From contig CAVZRV010000007.1 in NCBI GenBank assembly GCA_963777605.1, forward strand, positions 288,001 to 352,000: DNA of 64,000 nucleotides, given 5' to 3'. How positions within the stretch are numbered: position 1 is the stretch's first letter; each line of letters starts with the position of its first letter. Both the position numbers and the translations under genes were made by a program. This document shows positions 49,101 to 59,256 of this stretch, in pieces. Source of the DNA: an uncultured Acidobacteriota bacterium. GTDB taxonomy: Bacteria; Acidobacteriota; UBA6911; RPQK01; JAPXNP01. Under the pieces are notes generated by a model. The model saw only the letters and a program-made list of their open reading frames with translations, searched no databases and was not told where the DNA came from.

Positions 49101-49589
49101 TCACTCCGGCCGCCAAACCAGGGCAACGGCATACACGGCAATCCCCTCTCCGCGCCCGATGACTCCCCTGCCTTCCATCGTCGTGGCCTTGATCCCGACA
49201 TCGGCGACAGCAAGGCCAAGCGCCTCCGCCACTTTGGCCTTCATCTCCGAAACGTGAGGCTTGATTCGGGGTGCCTCGGCCAAAACCATGGCATCGACGT
49301 TTACCACTCGGTAGCCCTGATCGTTCACGAGCGCGGCGGCCTGCCGGAGGAGCACCAGGCTCGAAATTCCCCGATAGCGAGGGTCCGTGTCGGGAAAGAG
49401 ACCCCCAATGTCGTCCAATCCGGCAGCACCCAAAATCGCGTCGGTGATCGCGTGAAGAAGGGCGTCGGCATCAGAATGGCCTTCCAGTCCACGTTCCCAC
49501 TCGATCTCCACGCCGCCCAAAACGAGCGGACGCCCCGCCACGAACGGGTGAAAGTCAAACCCATTTCCTATCCTGAATGGAGGTTTCAT
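49101..49589 (-). CDS. ispF: 2-C-methyl-D-erythritol 2,4-cyclodiphosphate synthase
   Basis: RIGNGFDFH, GHSDAD.LLHAITDAILGA, DIG..FPD, KATT.E. Confidence 0.96.
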   Translation of the reverse strand: MKPPFRIGNGFDFHPFVAGRPLVLGGVEIEWERGLEGHSDADALLHAITDAILGAAGLDDIGGLFPDTDPRYRGISSLVLLRQAAALVNDQGYRVVNVDAMVLAEAPRIKPHVSEMKAKVAEALGLAVADVGIKATTMEGRGVIGRGEGIAVYAVALVWRPE

Positions 49590-50293
49590 GCTTTCTTCTG
49601 CCCGGATCGACCCTGCCGATCTTCTTCCAGATCATCTTCCCACGTAATCTTGCGATTGGTCGGCTCCCCATCGACAACGCAGACGTCAATGCCGAGCCGC
49701 TCGACCAGAGAAGATTCATCGGTGCCCGTGAACCCGTCGCCCTGCGCACTCGCCAGAGCTCGTGCCAGCAGATCGACCCGGAAAGCCTGCGGCGTCTGCA
49801 CCAGCCTGATGTCTTCCCGAGGGAGTGTCTGGAAGACCCGCGATCCCCGCACCAGCTTCACCGTGTCGGAAGGAGCCAATCCCGGGATGCAGGCCCCAAA
49901 CCGGCGGGCCCCGTCCATGACTCGCCGAATCAGGCCCTGAGATACAAAGGCCCTGGCCGCATCGTGGACAAGCACCAGGTTGACCTCTCCGGAAACCTCC
50001 CTGAGACCCCGCTCGACTGACGCCTGGCGGCTGTCCCCTCCGACGACAACTTTGAACAACACTCCCGTTACTGGGTCGAGTTCGCCCTGCACCCGTTCCA
50101 CCCAGCCCTCGGGAACGACGACGACAGCTTCCCGGACCAGGGTGAGAAAGGGATCCAAAGCATGGAGGTATAGCCTCTTCCCCCGGTACTCCAGGAACTG
50201 CTTGGGCAGATCTCCCCCAAAGCGGCTCCCGCTGCCCGCAGCCGCGAGCACCAAACCGACGCCACCTTGGGACTTCATTGGATCCACTTCCAT
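49586..50293 (-). CDS. ispD: 2-C-methyl-D-erythritol 4-phosphate cytidylyltransferase (start approximate)
   Basis: LAAAGSGSRFG..PKQF, GGDSRQASV, LVHDAAR, DTVK, QTPQAF, TDE, NRKIT. Confidence 0.95.
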   Translation of the reverse strand: MEVDPMKSQGGVGLVLAAAGSGSRFGGDLPKQFLEYRGKRLYLHALDPFLTLVREAVVVVPEGWVERVQGELDPVTGVLFKVVVGGDSRQASVERGLREVSGEVNLVLVHDAARAFVSQGLIRRVMDGARRFGACIPGLAPSDTVKLVRGSRVFQTLPREDIRLVQTPQAFRVDLLARALASAQGDGFTGTDESSLVERLGIDVCVVDGEPTNRKITWEDDLEEDRQGRSGQKKA

Positions 50294-50375
50294 CGGTTCC
50301 AAACCGGGTCCTTTCCCGCAAGTCAGCCAAGTTTTCATCAATTCCCTTGCTCGATTGGCCGTTTGCCGGGACGAC

Positions 50376-51746
50376 TCAATGGGAGGCCAACTCGGCGAGG
50401 CCAAGGAAATCCACAACGGTCCCGACTCCTTCGATCTTGATACCCGGGACCGGTTCGGGCAAGGGGAGGTTCCCCCGCGGAAGAATCACGCGCTCGAAGC
50501 CAAGGTTCAGGGCTTCCTTGATGCGAACATGGCCGAAACTGACCGAACGCACCTCCCCGGCCAACCCGACTTCCCCGAAAGCAACGGTCCGGTGAGGAAG
50601 CGGAATGTCGAGGAAGCTGGAAACCACCGCTCCGAGAAGAGCCAGGTCGACCGCCGGTTCCGCGATGGTAATACCGCCGGCCGCATTGACGAAAACGTCA
50701 CTCCCGAGGAGATGAAACCCGAGCCGCTTCTCCAGCATTGCCAGGAGGAGCGAAAGGCGGTTGGGGTCAACCCCGTTGGCCGTCCGGCGGGCCGTGCTGT
50801 AGTTCGTTTGACTGACCAGCGCCTGCAATTCGACCAATACGGGCCGCGAACCCTGCATGGCACTCATCACCGCTGAACCGGATACATGTTCCGCCCGTTC
50901 CGCAAGAAAGACCCTGGAAGGGTTATCCACGCTCCGGAGCCCCTTCGAGGTCATTTCGAAGATTCCCAGCTCGTTCGACGGGCCGAAACGATTCTTGACC
51001 GTCCGGACCAGTTTCTGGTTGTGATGCCGGTCCCCTTCGAAATAGAGCACGACATCGACGATGTGCTCCAGAGCCTTCGGCCCGGCAAGACTTCCATCCT
51101 TGGTGATGTGGCCGATCAGAAAGGTGGGGACGTTCGCCTGCTTCGAGAAAGTGAGGAATCGCATCGCGCATTCCCGAATCTGCGAGATACTCCCAGGGAT
51201 CGACTCCATCGACTCGGTGAAGACCGTCTGAATCGAATCCACGATCAAGGCGGTAGGCTCCAGGCGCTCAATCTCTCCGAACACTACTTCCACATTGGTC
51301 TCCGGCGAGATGAACAGGTTCTTTCCGACAACTTCGAGCCGGTCGCCCCTCATCTTGATCTGCCGCGCCGATTCTTCTCCCGCCACGTACAGCACACGCT
51401 CGCCCCCACGGGAGAGGATCTCTGCGATCTGCAACAGGAGAGTCGATTTCCCAATCCCCGGCTCGCCTCCGAGAAGCACCACCGATCCACGGACAATCCC
51501 GCCACCGAGCACGCGATCGAACTCACGGTCCCCGGTTACAAGACGGTCAACATCTTCCCGGTCCACCTCCGGGTACGGAACCGCGTGCTGACCGGAGAAA
51601 TGAGAGATCGGAGGGGAACCTCTACCGGTACGCTCCTCCACCAGTGAGTCCCACTCACCACAGCTGGGGCATCGCCCGAGCCACTTGACGCTTACGCTCC
51701 CACAGGATTGACAGACATAACTCAGCTTGCCGGCTTGCTTGGCCAT
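50376..51746 (-). CDS. radA: DNA repair protein RadA/Sms
   Basis: CQSC...CPSC zinc finger, GEPGIGKSTLLLQ, KNRFG. Confidence 0.98.
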   Translation of the reverse strand: MAKQAGKLSYVCQSCGSVSVKWLGRCPSCGEWDSLVEERTGRGSPPISHFSGQHAVPYPEVDREDVDRLVTGDREFDRVLGGGIVRGSVVLLGGEPGIGKSTLLLQIAEILSRGGERVLYVAGEESARQIKMRGDRLEVVGKNLFISPETNVEVVFGEIERLEPTALIVDSIQTVFTESMESIPGSISQIRECAMRFLTFSKQANVPTFLIGHITKDGSLAGPKALEHIVDVVLYFEGDRHHNQKLVRTVKNRFGPSNELGIFEMTSKGLRSVDNPSRVFLAERAEHVSGSAVMSAMQGSRPVLVELQALVSQTNYSTARRTANGVDPNRLSLLLAMLEKRLGFHLLGSDVFVNAAGGITIAEPAVDLALLGAVVSSFLDIPLPHRTVAFGEVGLAGEVRSVSFGHVRIKEALNLGFERVILPRGNLPLPEPVPGIKIEGVGTVVDFLGLAELASH

Positions 51747-51760
51747 CGCGTTATCCGGTC

Positions 51761-52801
51761 CTATTCCCGGGAATAAGTCCGCTCGACCCGCGGGCCGATG
51801 GAGGTGAGGACCTCATAAGGGATCGTTCCAATCCGGAGGGCGATGGCTGCAGCGGAGATCGGAGACGCGGGGTCGTCACCGAGGATGACCACTTCATCGC
51901 CAGGCGCCAATTCAGGGTAATCGGTTACGTCGATCGACGTCAGGTCCATACTGACCCGGCCCACAACCGGAGCCAATCCCCAACGGGTCAAGACCAGTCC
52001 CTCGTTCGAATGCCTCCTGCTGTAGCCGTCCGCGTACCCCACTGCGAGCACTGCTATCCGGCTGGGCCGACTGGTCGTAAAGCTATGTCCGTAGCCGACC
52101 GCGGCTCCCGCCGGAAAAGAGTTCACGGCCAGTACTCGTGCGCTCCATCGCAGGGCGGGCTTGAGTTCTGAAAGCGGATCAACGTTGGCTATCCCGTACA
52201 GTGCCAGTCCCGGTCGAACGGCATCAAAACCGGCGGTTGGGAACGCGAGGCCTGCGCTGTTGGAAAGGTGCGTGCGACCCACCGGCAAACCCTCGGTAGC
52301 CCGGCGAAAGCGTTCGACCTGGCCGGCGGTGAATTCGGCATCAAAATCTGCCGAAGAGAGGGTAGCAAAGACCCCTTTAACCTGCTCTCCCAGCCTGCGG
52401 ACGAGAGGCTCGCAGCGCTCGGGGGCAATTCCGAGTCGGCCCATCCCGGTGTCAATCTTGATCTCAACCGGAACATCCTGCGGGATTTCATCTTCCCGGT
52501 ACAGCGCTGCCGTCAAGGCGTGAGCCCGAAACTCGGGCTCGTCTCCCGGTTCACAACCGCCAAATACCAGGATGTCTCCGGCAGGAATCCAGCGGCGAAG
52601 CTCGCGTGCCTCGCCGAGATCGGCAACGGAGAAGGAGCGCACTCCGGCATCGAAAAGAGTCCGGGCTACCGCTCGCATCCCGTGTCCGTATGCATTTGCC
52701 TTGACCACGGCAATCACCGGAAGGCCTCCGGAAACTCCGGAAATTACTTCAAGATTGTGTCTGAGTCTCGCCAGGGAGACCTCCACCCAGGTTCGCTTCA
52801 C
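51761..52801 (-). CDS. alr: alanine racemase
   Basis: AVVKANAYGHG, KIDTGMGRLG, VRPGLALYG, GYADG, GRVSMD, TIPYEV; GTG 52801 overlaps the dnaB stop. Confidence 0.95.
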   Translation of the reverse strand: MKRTWVEVSLARLRHNLEVISGVSGGLPVIAVVKANAYGHGMRAVARTLFDAGVRSFSVADLGEARELRRWIPAGDILVFGGCEPGDEPEFRAHALTAALYREDEIPQDVPVEIKIDTGMGRLGIAPERCEPLVRRLGEQVKGVFATLSSADFDAEFTAGQVERFRRATEGLPVGRTHLSNSAGLAFPTAGFDAVRPGLALYGIANVDPLSELKPALRWSARVLAVNSFPAGAAVGYGHSFTTSRPSRIAVLAVGYADGYSRRHSNEGLVLTRWGLAPVVGRVSMDLTSIDVTDYPELAPGDEVVILGDDPASPISAAAIALRIGTIPYEVLTSIGPRVERTYSRE

Positions 52802-54156
52802 TCCAACTCCTCGGCTAAGTTCTCGAACTTGGTCCACTCGCTGATGAATGCCAGCTTCACAATGCCCGTCGGCCCGTTTCGCTGCTTTCCGATGATAATC
52901 TCGGCAATACCCTGCTCCTCCGGTTCCGGTTCCTTGCTGTAAAGGTCCGGCCGAAAGACAAACAGGACGACGTCAGCATCCTGTTCGATCGAGCCTGATT
53001 CCCGCAGGTCGGAAAGTTGCGGTTTGTGATCGCCCCGGCGTTGTTCAGGGGCTCGGCTGAGCTGGGAAAGCGCCACTACCGGAATGTTCAACTCCTTGGC
53101 CAACCCTTTCAAAGAGCGGCTGATCGCCGAAATTTCCTGCTGGCGGTTCTCGGCCCTGGAACGGCCGCCGACGGCTCCGGTCATCAACTGAAGGTAGTCG
53201 ATCACGATCATATCCAGACCGTGCTCGGCCATCAGTCGCCGGCTCTTGGATCTCATTTCGACGATCGATGCCCCCGGAGTGTCATCGATAAAGATTCGCG
53301 CCTGCCCGAGCCGGCTCATGGCCTTGGCAAGGCTCTGCCAATCGCTCTTGGAAAGGAAGCCTGTACGGACCTTATGACTGTCCACCCTGGCTTCTCCGCA
53401 CAGGAGCCTCAGGACCAACTGGGACGCGGACATCTCCAGGCTGAAGACGCCTACGATGCGCTTTTCCTTGATGGCCGCGTGTTGGGAGATGTTCAGGGCC
53501 AGACTGGTCTTCCCCATGCCAGGTCGGCCCGCCAGAATGATCAGATCGGAGGGTTGAAGGCCGGACATCATCTCGTCGAGCTGAACGAAACCGGTCGGCA
53601 CCCCGGTGACCAACTCCCGCCGCTCCTCGAGAGTCTCTATCTGCTGCCAGGTCTGCTTCAACAAGTCGGGCAGTTGCACGAACCCGGACTGCACCTTCTC
53701 CTGGCTGATCCGGAAGATCGCCTGCTCGGCATGCTCGAGCAGGTCCATCGTGTCCTCTTCACCCGCGTAACTGCGCAACAGGATGTCGTTTGTGGAGTGA
53801 ATCAGCTTTCGAAGGATGGATTTCTCCTTGACGATCTGGGCATAGTGCACGATGTTGGACGTTCGCGGCACTCCGTCGGCCAACGACGCCACGTAGGCGG
53901 TGCCACCCACAACGTCCAGTTCGCCATCCCGGATCAGCAGTTCCCTGACCGTGAGGCTGTCGATTGCCCGCGACTCGCTGGAGAGTTCCTCCATCTTGCG
54001 GAAGATCCGGCGGTGGGCCTCGCTGTGAAAGTCTTCCTCGGAGAGGAGTTGCGCCGCCTGGTCATAGAGTCGGTTGTCAAGGAGAACGGCACCGAGAACG
54101 GCGCGCTCCGCTTCCTGGGAACTGGGCAGAGACTTGTCCAACGAGAGGCTTTCCAT
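52798..54156 (-). CDS. dnaB: replicative DNA helicase
   Basis: AERAVLG, GRPGMGKT, FSLEM, IDYLQL, LSQLSR, DLRESGSIEQDAD, KQRNGP; no intein. Confidence 0.98.
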   Translation of the reverse strand: MESLSLDKSLPSSQEAERAVLGAVLLDNRLYDQAAQLLSEEDFHSEAHRRIFRKMEELSSESRAIDSLTVRELLIRDGELDVVGGTAYVASLADGVPRTSNIVHYAQIVKEKSILRKLIHSTNDILLRSYAGEEDTMDLLEHAEQAIFRISQEKVQSGFVQLPDLLKQTWQQIETLEERRELVTGVPTGFVQLDEMMSGLQPSDLIILAGRPGMGKTSLALNISQHAAIKEKRIVGVFSLEMSASQLVLRLLCGEARVDSHKVRTGFLSKSDWQSLAKAMSRLGQARIFIDDTPGASIVEMRSKSRRLMAEHGLDMIVIDYLQLMTGAVGGRSRAENRQQEISAISRSLKGLAKELNIPVVALSQLSRAPEQRRGDHKPQLSDLRESGSIEQDADVVLFVFRPDLYSKEPEPEEQGIAEIIIGKQRNGPTGIVKLAFISEWTKFENLAEELE

Positions 54157-54322
54157 AGTGGCCGGCGTCTATTATAGCCAGTGAGCCTGCCCCGTGACTC
54201 CCCCAGCCTGAGAACTTTCATGAATACGAATCACGCCAACAGCACGTAATCCCGCCGATCTTCCGAATGGTCAAACCGTGGAACTGCATTCGGGTGGTCC
54301 CACTTCCGGAGCGTCGGAAACG

Positions 54323-54349
54323 AAAAGAGCCCGCCGGAGCGGGCTCTTT
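54323..54349 (-). terminator. intrinsic terminator after rplI
   Basis: AAAGAGCCCGC-CGGA-GCGGGCTCTTT hairpin with A/T tails on both sides. Confidence 0.8.
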
Positions 54350-54378
54350 AAAGAAAAAACCGAAATCGGCGCTCGAGT

Positions 54379-54942
54379 CTACTCGGAAGCCGGGGCAATT
54401 CCCGCCTGCCGCTCGATCTCGGCCACACGAGCATTGAGCTCTTCGACAATCTTGTCGCTTTCGGGACCCCGGGGCATGGTGCGGGACACCTCATCTCCGG
54501 CATCTGGCATAACCGATACCAGAATGGTCGCTTCCACATCGCTGTGGGGCCGGACCTCAACCTTGAAATTCCCAATGTTCTTGATGGGCTGCGCCAGCAC
54601 GATCTTCCGCCGGTCAAGGTTGATCCCGTTCTCGGCCAGCACGTCGGAAAGATCCTTTGACGTGACCGACCCGAACAGAACGCCGGTATCTCCGGACTTC
54701 CGGCTCACCACGATGTGGACCTGGCCCAGTTCGGCAGAGAGAATCTCGGCATCGGCCCGGTCATTGGACTCTCGCTTGGCCAGGGCAATCCGCTGCTGCT
54801 CGACCATCTTCAAGTTACCTGCCGTCGCCGGTACCGCAAGGTGACGAGGGATCAGGTAATTGCGTCCGTACCCGGGCGAGACTTTGACGACATCTCCGCG
54901 CCGTCCCAACTCGTATACGTCATCAATCAGAATGACTTCCAT
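54379..54942 (-). CDS. rplI: 50S ribosomal protein L9 (with C-terminal extension)
   Basis: MEVIL..DV..LG..GDVVKV.PGYGRNYLIP, LFGSVT. Confidence 0.96.
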   Translation of the reverse strand: MEVILIDDVYELGRRGDVVKVSPGYGRNYLIPRHLAVPATAGNLKMVEQQRIALAKRESNDRADAEILSAELGQVHIVVSRKSGDTGVLFGSVTSKDLSDVLAENGINLDRRKIVLAQPIKNIGNFKVEVRPHSDVEATILVSVMPDAGDEVSRTMPRGPESDKIVEELNARVAEIERQAGIAPASE

Positions 54943-54963
54943 GGATCCTTACCTCTTCAGTAC

Positions 54964-55173
54964 CTAGCGCTTAACGTAGGGGAGAAGGGCCAGATGTCGG
55001 GCCCGCTTAATCGCGGTGGTCAATTTCCGCTGGCAAGGCGCACAACTCCCGGTAATGCGACGGGGCACGATTTTGCCGTTCTCAGTGATGAACTGGCCGA
55101 GGAATCGCGCGTCCTTGTAATCGAAATAGTACTTCCCGGCGCACAGTTTGCAAAATTTACGTTTTCTCGCCAT
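54964..55173 (-). CDS. rpsR: 30S ribosomal protein S18 (zinc-ribbon, four Cys)
   Basis: [41 protein letters not shown]. Confidence 0.97.
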   Translation of the reverse strand: MARKRKFCKLCAGKYYFDYKDARFLGQFITENGKIVPRRITGSCAPCQRKLTTAIKRARHLALLPYVKR

Positions 55174-55179
55174 CTCTAT

Positions 55180-55608
55180 CTACTCCTGTTCATCCGAGTC
55201 AGAGTTGCCCTCATCCCGATCCGATTCGACCGGGGTCCGCTCCGAGGTCGCCTTGCTCTGTTCTCGTCTGATCTTACGCTGTTCCTTCCGGGTCTCGAAC
55301 TTCTGGGCCCGTTTGAGGTCCTCGTCAACCCGGACGGAAAGGAACCGAATGACAGCGTCGATTACCTTGAATCTGCGCTCCAGTTCAGCTACGCCACGCC
55401 CCGACTCCTCGTCCAGGGTCAGGACCGTATAGTATCCATCGTTGTGTTTCTGAACCGGGAAAGCGAGACGGCGTTTTCCCCACTTGTCGATGTTCGCAAC
55501 TTCGGCCCCCATCTCTTGAGCGACATTGACGAAGGTGTCGACCTGACGATCGACCTCTTCTTCCGTCAGGGTGGGAGCGAGAACGAATACTACTTCGTAT
55601 CGTCTCAT
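55180..55608 (-). CDS. rpsF: 30S ribosomal protein S6
   Basis: MRRYEVVFVL.P, WGKRRLAFPV.K, GYY, VIRFL. Confidence 0.96.
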   Translation of the reverse strand: MRRYEVVFVLAPTLTEEEVDRQVDTFVNVAQEMGAEVANIDKWGKRRLAFPVQKHNDGYYTVLTLDEESGRGVAELERRFKVIDAVIRFLSVRVDEDLKRAQKFETRKEQRKIRREQSKATSERTPVESDRDEGNSDSDEQE

Positions 55609-55655
55609 GGTCTGTTTCTCTCCTAACGCTGAAAAACCGTCATCTTAACACAGAC

Positions 55656-55689
55656 CGCAGGCCGCCCGGGAGCAACCGGGGGGCCTGCG
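55656..55689 (-). terminator. GC-rich hairpin downstream of hppA
   Basis: CGCAGGCC-GCCCGG...CCGGG-GGCCTGCG stem about 10 nt after the stop; weak U-tract. Confidence 0.45.
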
Positions 55690-55699
55690 ACCACTTCAA

Positions 55700-57697
55700 C
55701 TAAGCCAGCAGCGGCGCAATCACCAGCGCCACGATGGACATGAGCTTGATCAGGATATTCATGGACGGCCCGCTGGTGTCCTTGAATGGGTCTCCAACCG
55801 TGTCGCCCACAACCGCAGCCTTGTGGGCGTCTGATCCCTTGCCTCCGAGATATCCGCTTTCAATCAACTTCTTGGCGTTGTCCCAGGCCCCGCCGGCGTT
55901 GGCCATAAAGAGGGCCATCAGGACACCGGACAGAGTCGCCCCAGCCAGCATTCCGCCGAGAGCCGTTGGTCCCAGGGCAAATCCGACGGCTACGGGACTT
56001 GCTATGGCAACCACTCCGGGCAGCACCATCTCACGCAGAGCGGCGCGGGTCGAAATATCGACGCAGCGTGCGGTATCGGGCTTCGCCGTTCCTTCCATAA
56101 GCCCGGCGATCTCGCGGAATTGCCGCCGAACTTCCTCAACCATCTTGAAGGCGGCTCTCCCCACCGCCGACATGGTCATGTCGGCGATCAGGAACGGCAG
56201 AATCCCACCGATCAATAAACCAACCACAACCAGGGGATCAACCAGGTTGATGGAAGTCAGGCCCACCGTCTTCGAATAGGCGGAGTAAAGGGCCAGGGCG
56301 GTCAGGGCGGCAGAACCGATCGCAAAGCCCTTGCCGATCGCGGCCGTCGTGTTGCCCAGCGCGTCTAAACTGTCTGTGATCTTCCGCGTCTCGGGGCCGA
56401 GTCCGCTCATCTCGGAGATCCCGCCCGCGTTGTCGGCGATCGGCCCATAGGCGTCCACCGACATAGTGATCCCGACCGTACCAAGCATTCCAACCGCCGC
56501 GATCCCAATTCCGTACAGACCGGCCAGGTTGTAGGCAACCAGGATCGTCGCGGCGATCATCAAGATTGGAGCAGCGGTTGACTGCATGCCCACTGCGAGA
56601 CCCGCAATGATGTTGGTGGCGACTCCGGTTTTACAGGAATCGGCGATCCGACGAACGGGGGATCCGCCCGTGTACCACTCGGTGATGAGACCGATCACGA
56701 CTCCCGACAACGTCCCCATAAAAATGGCTCCGAAAATACCGAGTTCGAGTCCGAGTGAGTTGATTGCAAACAGAGCGCCGGCCAGCATAAGCACGGCGCT
56801 GAGGATGGTGGAAGCACGCAACGCCGCCGCAGGATTGAGACTGCGGAGTACCCTGATCGAAACCACACCGATCAGGGAAGCCACCAATCCAATCGTAACC
56901 AAGATGAGCGGGAGTCCCATGTACAGCATCTGGTTCTCCGGCCCGATATTGAGAACGGACGAGGATCCCGAGGCCGCAATCGCTATTGTCGCGATAATCG
57001 AACCGACGTAACTCTCGAAGATATCGGCACCCATTCCAGCCGTGTCACCCACGCAATCACCAACGTTGTCGGCGATCGTCGCTGGATTTCGAGGGTCGTC
57101 CTCAGGGATCCCGGCTTCGACCTTTCCGACCAGGTCGGCTCCAACGTCAGCACTCTTGGTGTAGATTCCGCCACCGACACGGGCGAAAAGGGCGATCGAA
57201 CTGGCTCCCATGGCGAACCCGTTGATATCAGCGGCTGCCAAAAAGCCGTTCTGATAGAGGATGAACGCGACGCCCACTCCGATAAGTCCAAGGCTGGCCA
57301 CCGAGAGGCCCATGACGGCCCCACCGGAGAAAGCCACGCTCAGCGCGCTGCCGATTCCCGAATCGTTAGCGGCCTGGCTGGTCCGAACGTTTGCCTTAGT
57401 CGCCGCACTCATGCCGAAGAAGCCGGCCAGCATCGAGCAGCAGGCCCCGGCCAGAAAAGCAAGCGCGGTGTGAAGCGAGATTGCGATGCCGAGGATGACA
57501 AAGACGATCACGACAAATCCCGCCAGGATCGTGTACTCCCTGCGGAGGAACACCATCGCGCCATGGTGGATCTGCTCGGCGATATCGACCATGATCGGAT
57601 TGGTAACCACGATCCTGGATATGGATGAGAAGATGATTACGGCTGAAATCAGCCCGACAAACCCGACAATTGGGAACCAAATGGAAAGTCCTGACAT
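55700..57697 (-). CDS. hppA: membrane-integral pyrophosphatase (K+-dependent type; Na+ or H+ pumping)
   Basis: [62 protein letters not shown]. Confidence 0.97.
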   Translation of the reverse strand: MSGLSIWFPIVGFVGLISAVIIFSSISRIVVTNPIMVDIAEQIHHGAMVFLRREYTILAGFVVIVFVILGIAISLHTALAFLAGACCSMLAGFFGMSAATKANVRTSQAANDSGIGSALSVAFSGGAVMGLSVASLGLIGVGVAFILYQNGFLAAADINGFAMGASSIALFARVGGGIYTKSADVGADLVGKVEAGIPEDDPRNPATIADNVGDCVGDTAGMGADIFESYVGSIIATIAIAASGSSSVLNIGPENQMLYMGLPLILVTIGLVASLIGVVSIRVLRSLNPAAALRASTILSAVLMLAGALFAINSLGLELGIFGAIFMGTLSGVVIGLITEWYTGGSPVRRIADSCKTGVATNIIAGLAVGMQSTAAPILMIAATILVAYNLAGLYGIGIAAVGMLGTVGITMSVDAYGPIADNAGGISEMSGLGPETRKITDSLDALGNTTAAIGKGFAIGSAALTALALYSAYSKTVGLTSINLVDPLVVVGLLIGGILPFLIADMTMSAVGRAAFKMVEEVRRQFREIAGLMEGTAKPDTARCVDISTRAALREMVLPGVVAIASPVAVGFALGPTALGGMLAGATLSGVLMALFMANAGGAWDNAKKLIESGYLGGKGSDAHKAAVVGDTVGDPFKDTSGPSMNILIKLMSIVALVIAPLLA

Positions 57698-57851
57698 AAG
57701 CTTCCCCCTCCTTCGGCCTTCTACGGCGAAATGCAGTCCGAATTGGAACTTGAGTAGAACGTGTCTGCGCTAGCGTTGTCTCCTACCGGAATGCCAGAAA
57801 GTTGTGGATCAGGTGCCGGCTCAGAAGAATGGTTTCGGGCCTGACCCGTAT

Positions 57852-58409
57852 CTAGTTGAAGCGAGCCATCGCTCGATCAATGCCCTCCAGGAGGTAATAT
57901 TCGACCGCTTGTTCACACGTACCGAGAACTTCGGTCAGAACCTCGATCTCGCTGCCGGTGAATCGGTCCAGTACATAACCCGCCAGGTCGGCACTGCCTC
58001 GGTCTCCGGCAATACCAATCCGCAGCCTCGGAATCTCGATCGTCCCCAAATGCTCGATGATCGATTGCATTCCTTTGTGCCCCCCGGAACTTCCCGAAGC
58101 CCGGAACCGAATTTTCCCCAGCGGAAGCGCTACGTCGTCGTATACGATAAGGCTCTCGCCGACGTCCAGTCCAAAATATCTTATCAACTCGCGGACGGAC
58201 GTCCCGCTCAGATTCATGTAGGTCTGCGGCTTCAAGAGCAGCAGATCCTGTTCTGCCAGCCGCATTCTGGCCGTTAAAGCCGTTGATCCGAACCTGGTCA
58301 AAGCAGAGTCACCCCGCTTCGCCAGGCGATCGATCAACATGAAGCCAACGTTGTGACGGGTTTTCGTGAAACGCCGTCCGGGATTGCCCAAGCCTGCTAT
58401 CAAGCGCAC
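57852..58409 (-). CDS. pth: peptidyl-tRNA hydrolase
   Basis: GLGNPG, TRHNVGF, KPQTYMNLSG, YDD, GGHKG, RLRIGI. Confidence 0.97.
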   Translation of the reverse strand: MRLIAGLGNPGRRFTKTRHNVGFMLIDRLAKRGDSALTRFGSTALTARMRLAEQDLLLLKPQTYMNLSGTSVRELIRYFGLDVGESLIVYDDVALPLGKIRFRASGSSGGHKGMQSIIEHLGTIEIPRLRIGIAGDRGSADLAGYVLDRFTGSEIEVLTEVLGTCEQAVEYYLLEGIDRAMARFN

Positions 58410-58442
58410 GTCACAGCCTCACCCGGATATCGGGTCCCCGGA

Positions 58443-59090
58443 CTACTCTTCCTCCTCAGGCTTACCCTTGCGGATCAACTCGGGTTCAACAGCAGGTTCC
58501 AGTTCACCCTCCTCACTGACTTCTTCTTCCTCAACCTGAGGAGCGGCCACGGTGACGACTACGAGGTCGGATTCACTGAGCACTTTGACCTTGGACATGT
58601 CGATCTTGAGATCCGCCACCCGCAGGGAGTCCCCGATTTCCAGATCGTCCACTTCGACCACGATTTCGCTCGGAACATCCTGAGGCAGGCACTCAACCTG
58701 GATGTTTCTGAGAACCACGTCAATCATTCCGCCCAACTTGACGCCTTTTGCGGTCCCGGAGACTTCGACGTGAACATCGAACTCCATAACTTCGTCCATC
58801 GAAATGTGGACAAAATCGACATGTACCAGGTTCCCTTTGACCGGGTGGAGTTGGAATTCCTTGACCATAACGTCAGACTGCTGTTCACCCAGTTGGAGTT
58901 TAAAAATACTGTTCCGACCGGTCTCGGAGGTCAGGATCTCGATAACCGCCTTGGGATCCACCACCAGACTGGCAGTCTCCTGCTGGTGCCCGTAAGAAAC
59001 TGCAGGAATCTTTCCCGAGACACGCAGACGGCGACTCGCATTCTTGCCAAGATCGCTTCTCAATTCAGCATCTATTACACGCTGGGTCAT
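58443..59090 (-). CDS. rplY: 50S ribosomal protein L25 / Ctc
   Basis: GKNASRRLR..GKIPAV.YG, QLHPVK...HVDF, GVKLGG. Confidence 0.96.
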   Translation of the reverse strand: MTQRVIDAELRSDLGKNASRRLRVSGKIPAVSYGHQQETASLVVDPKAVIEILTSETGRNSIFKLQLGEQQSDVMVKEFQLHPVKGNLVHVDFVHISMDEVMEFDVHVEVSGTAKGVKLGGMIDVVLRNIQVECLPQDVPSEIVVEVDDLEIGDSLRVADLKIDMSKVKVLSESDLVVVTVAAPQVEEEEVSEEGELEPAVEPELIRKGKPEEEE

Positions 59091-59256
59091 TTCCCATCTC
59101 CTAACGTCAGAAAAACCGCTATTCTACCAAGAATCTCTCGAGGATCGTCAACTACCTGCCGAGATTCCTGGCCGGGCCGGTTCCACGAAGCCCAGATTCG
59201 CACCGAATTCGTGCGGGAAGGAGCCTGAAATTGCTGCGCCCCGAGAAACACTCAAA

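Noticed and set aside
54379-54500. C-terminal extension on L9 and absence of ssb/priB between rpsF and rpsR
   Set aside because: Both are common lineage-level variations.
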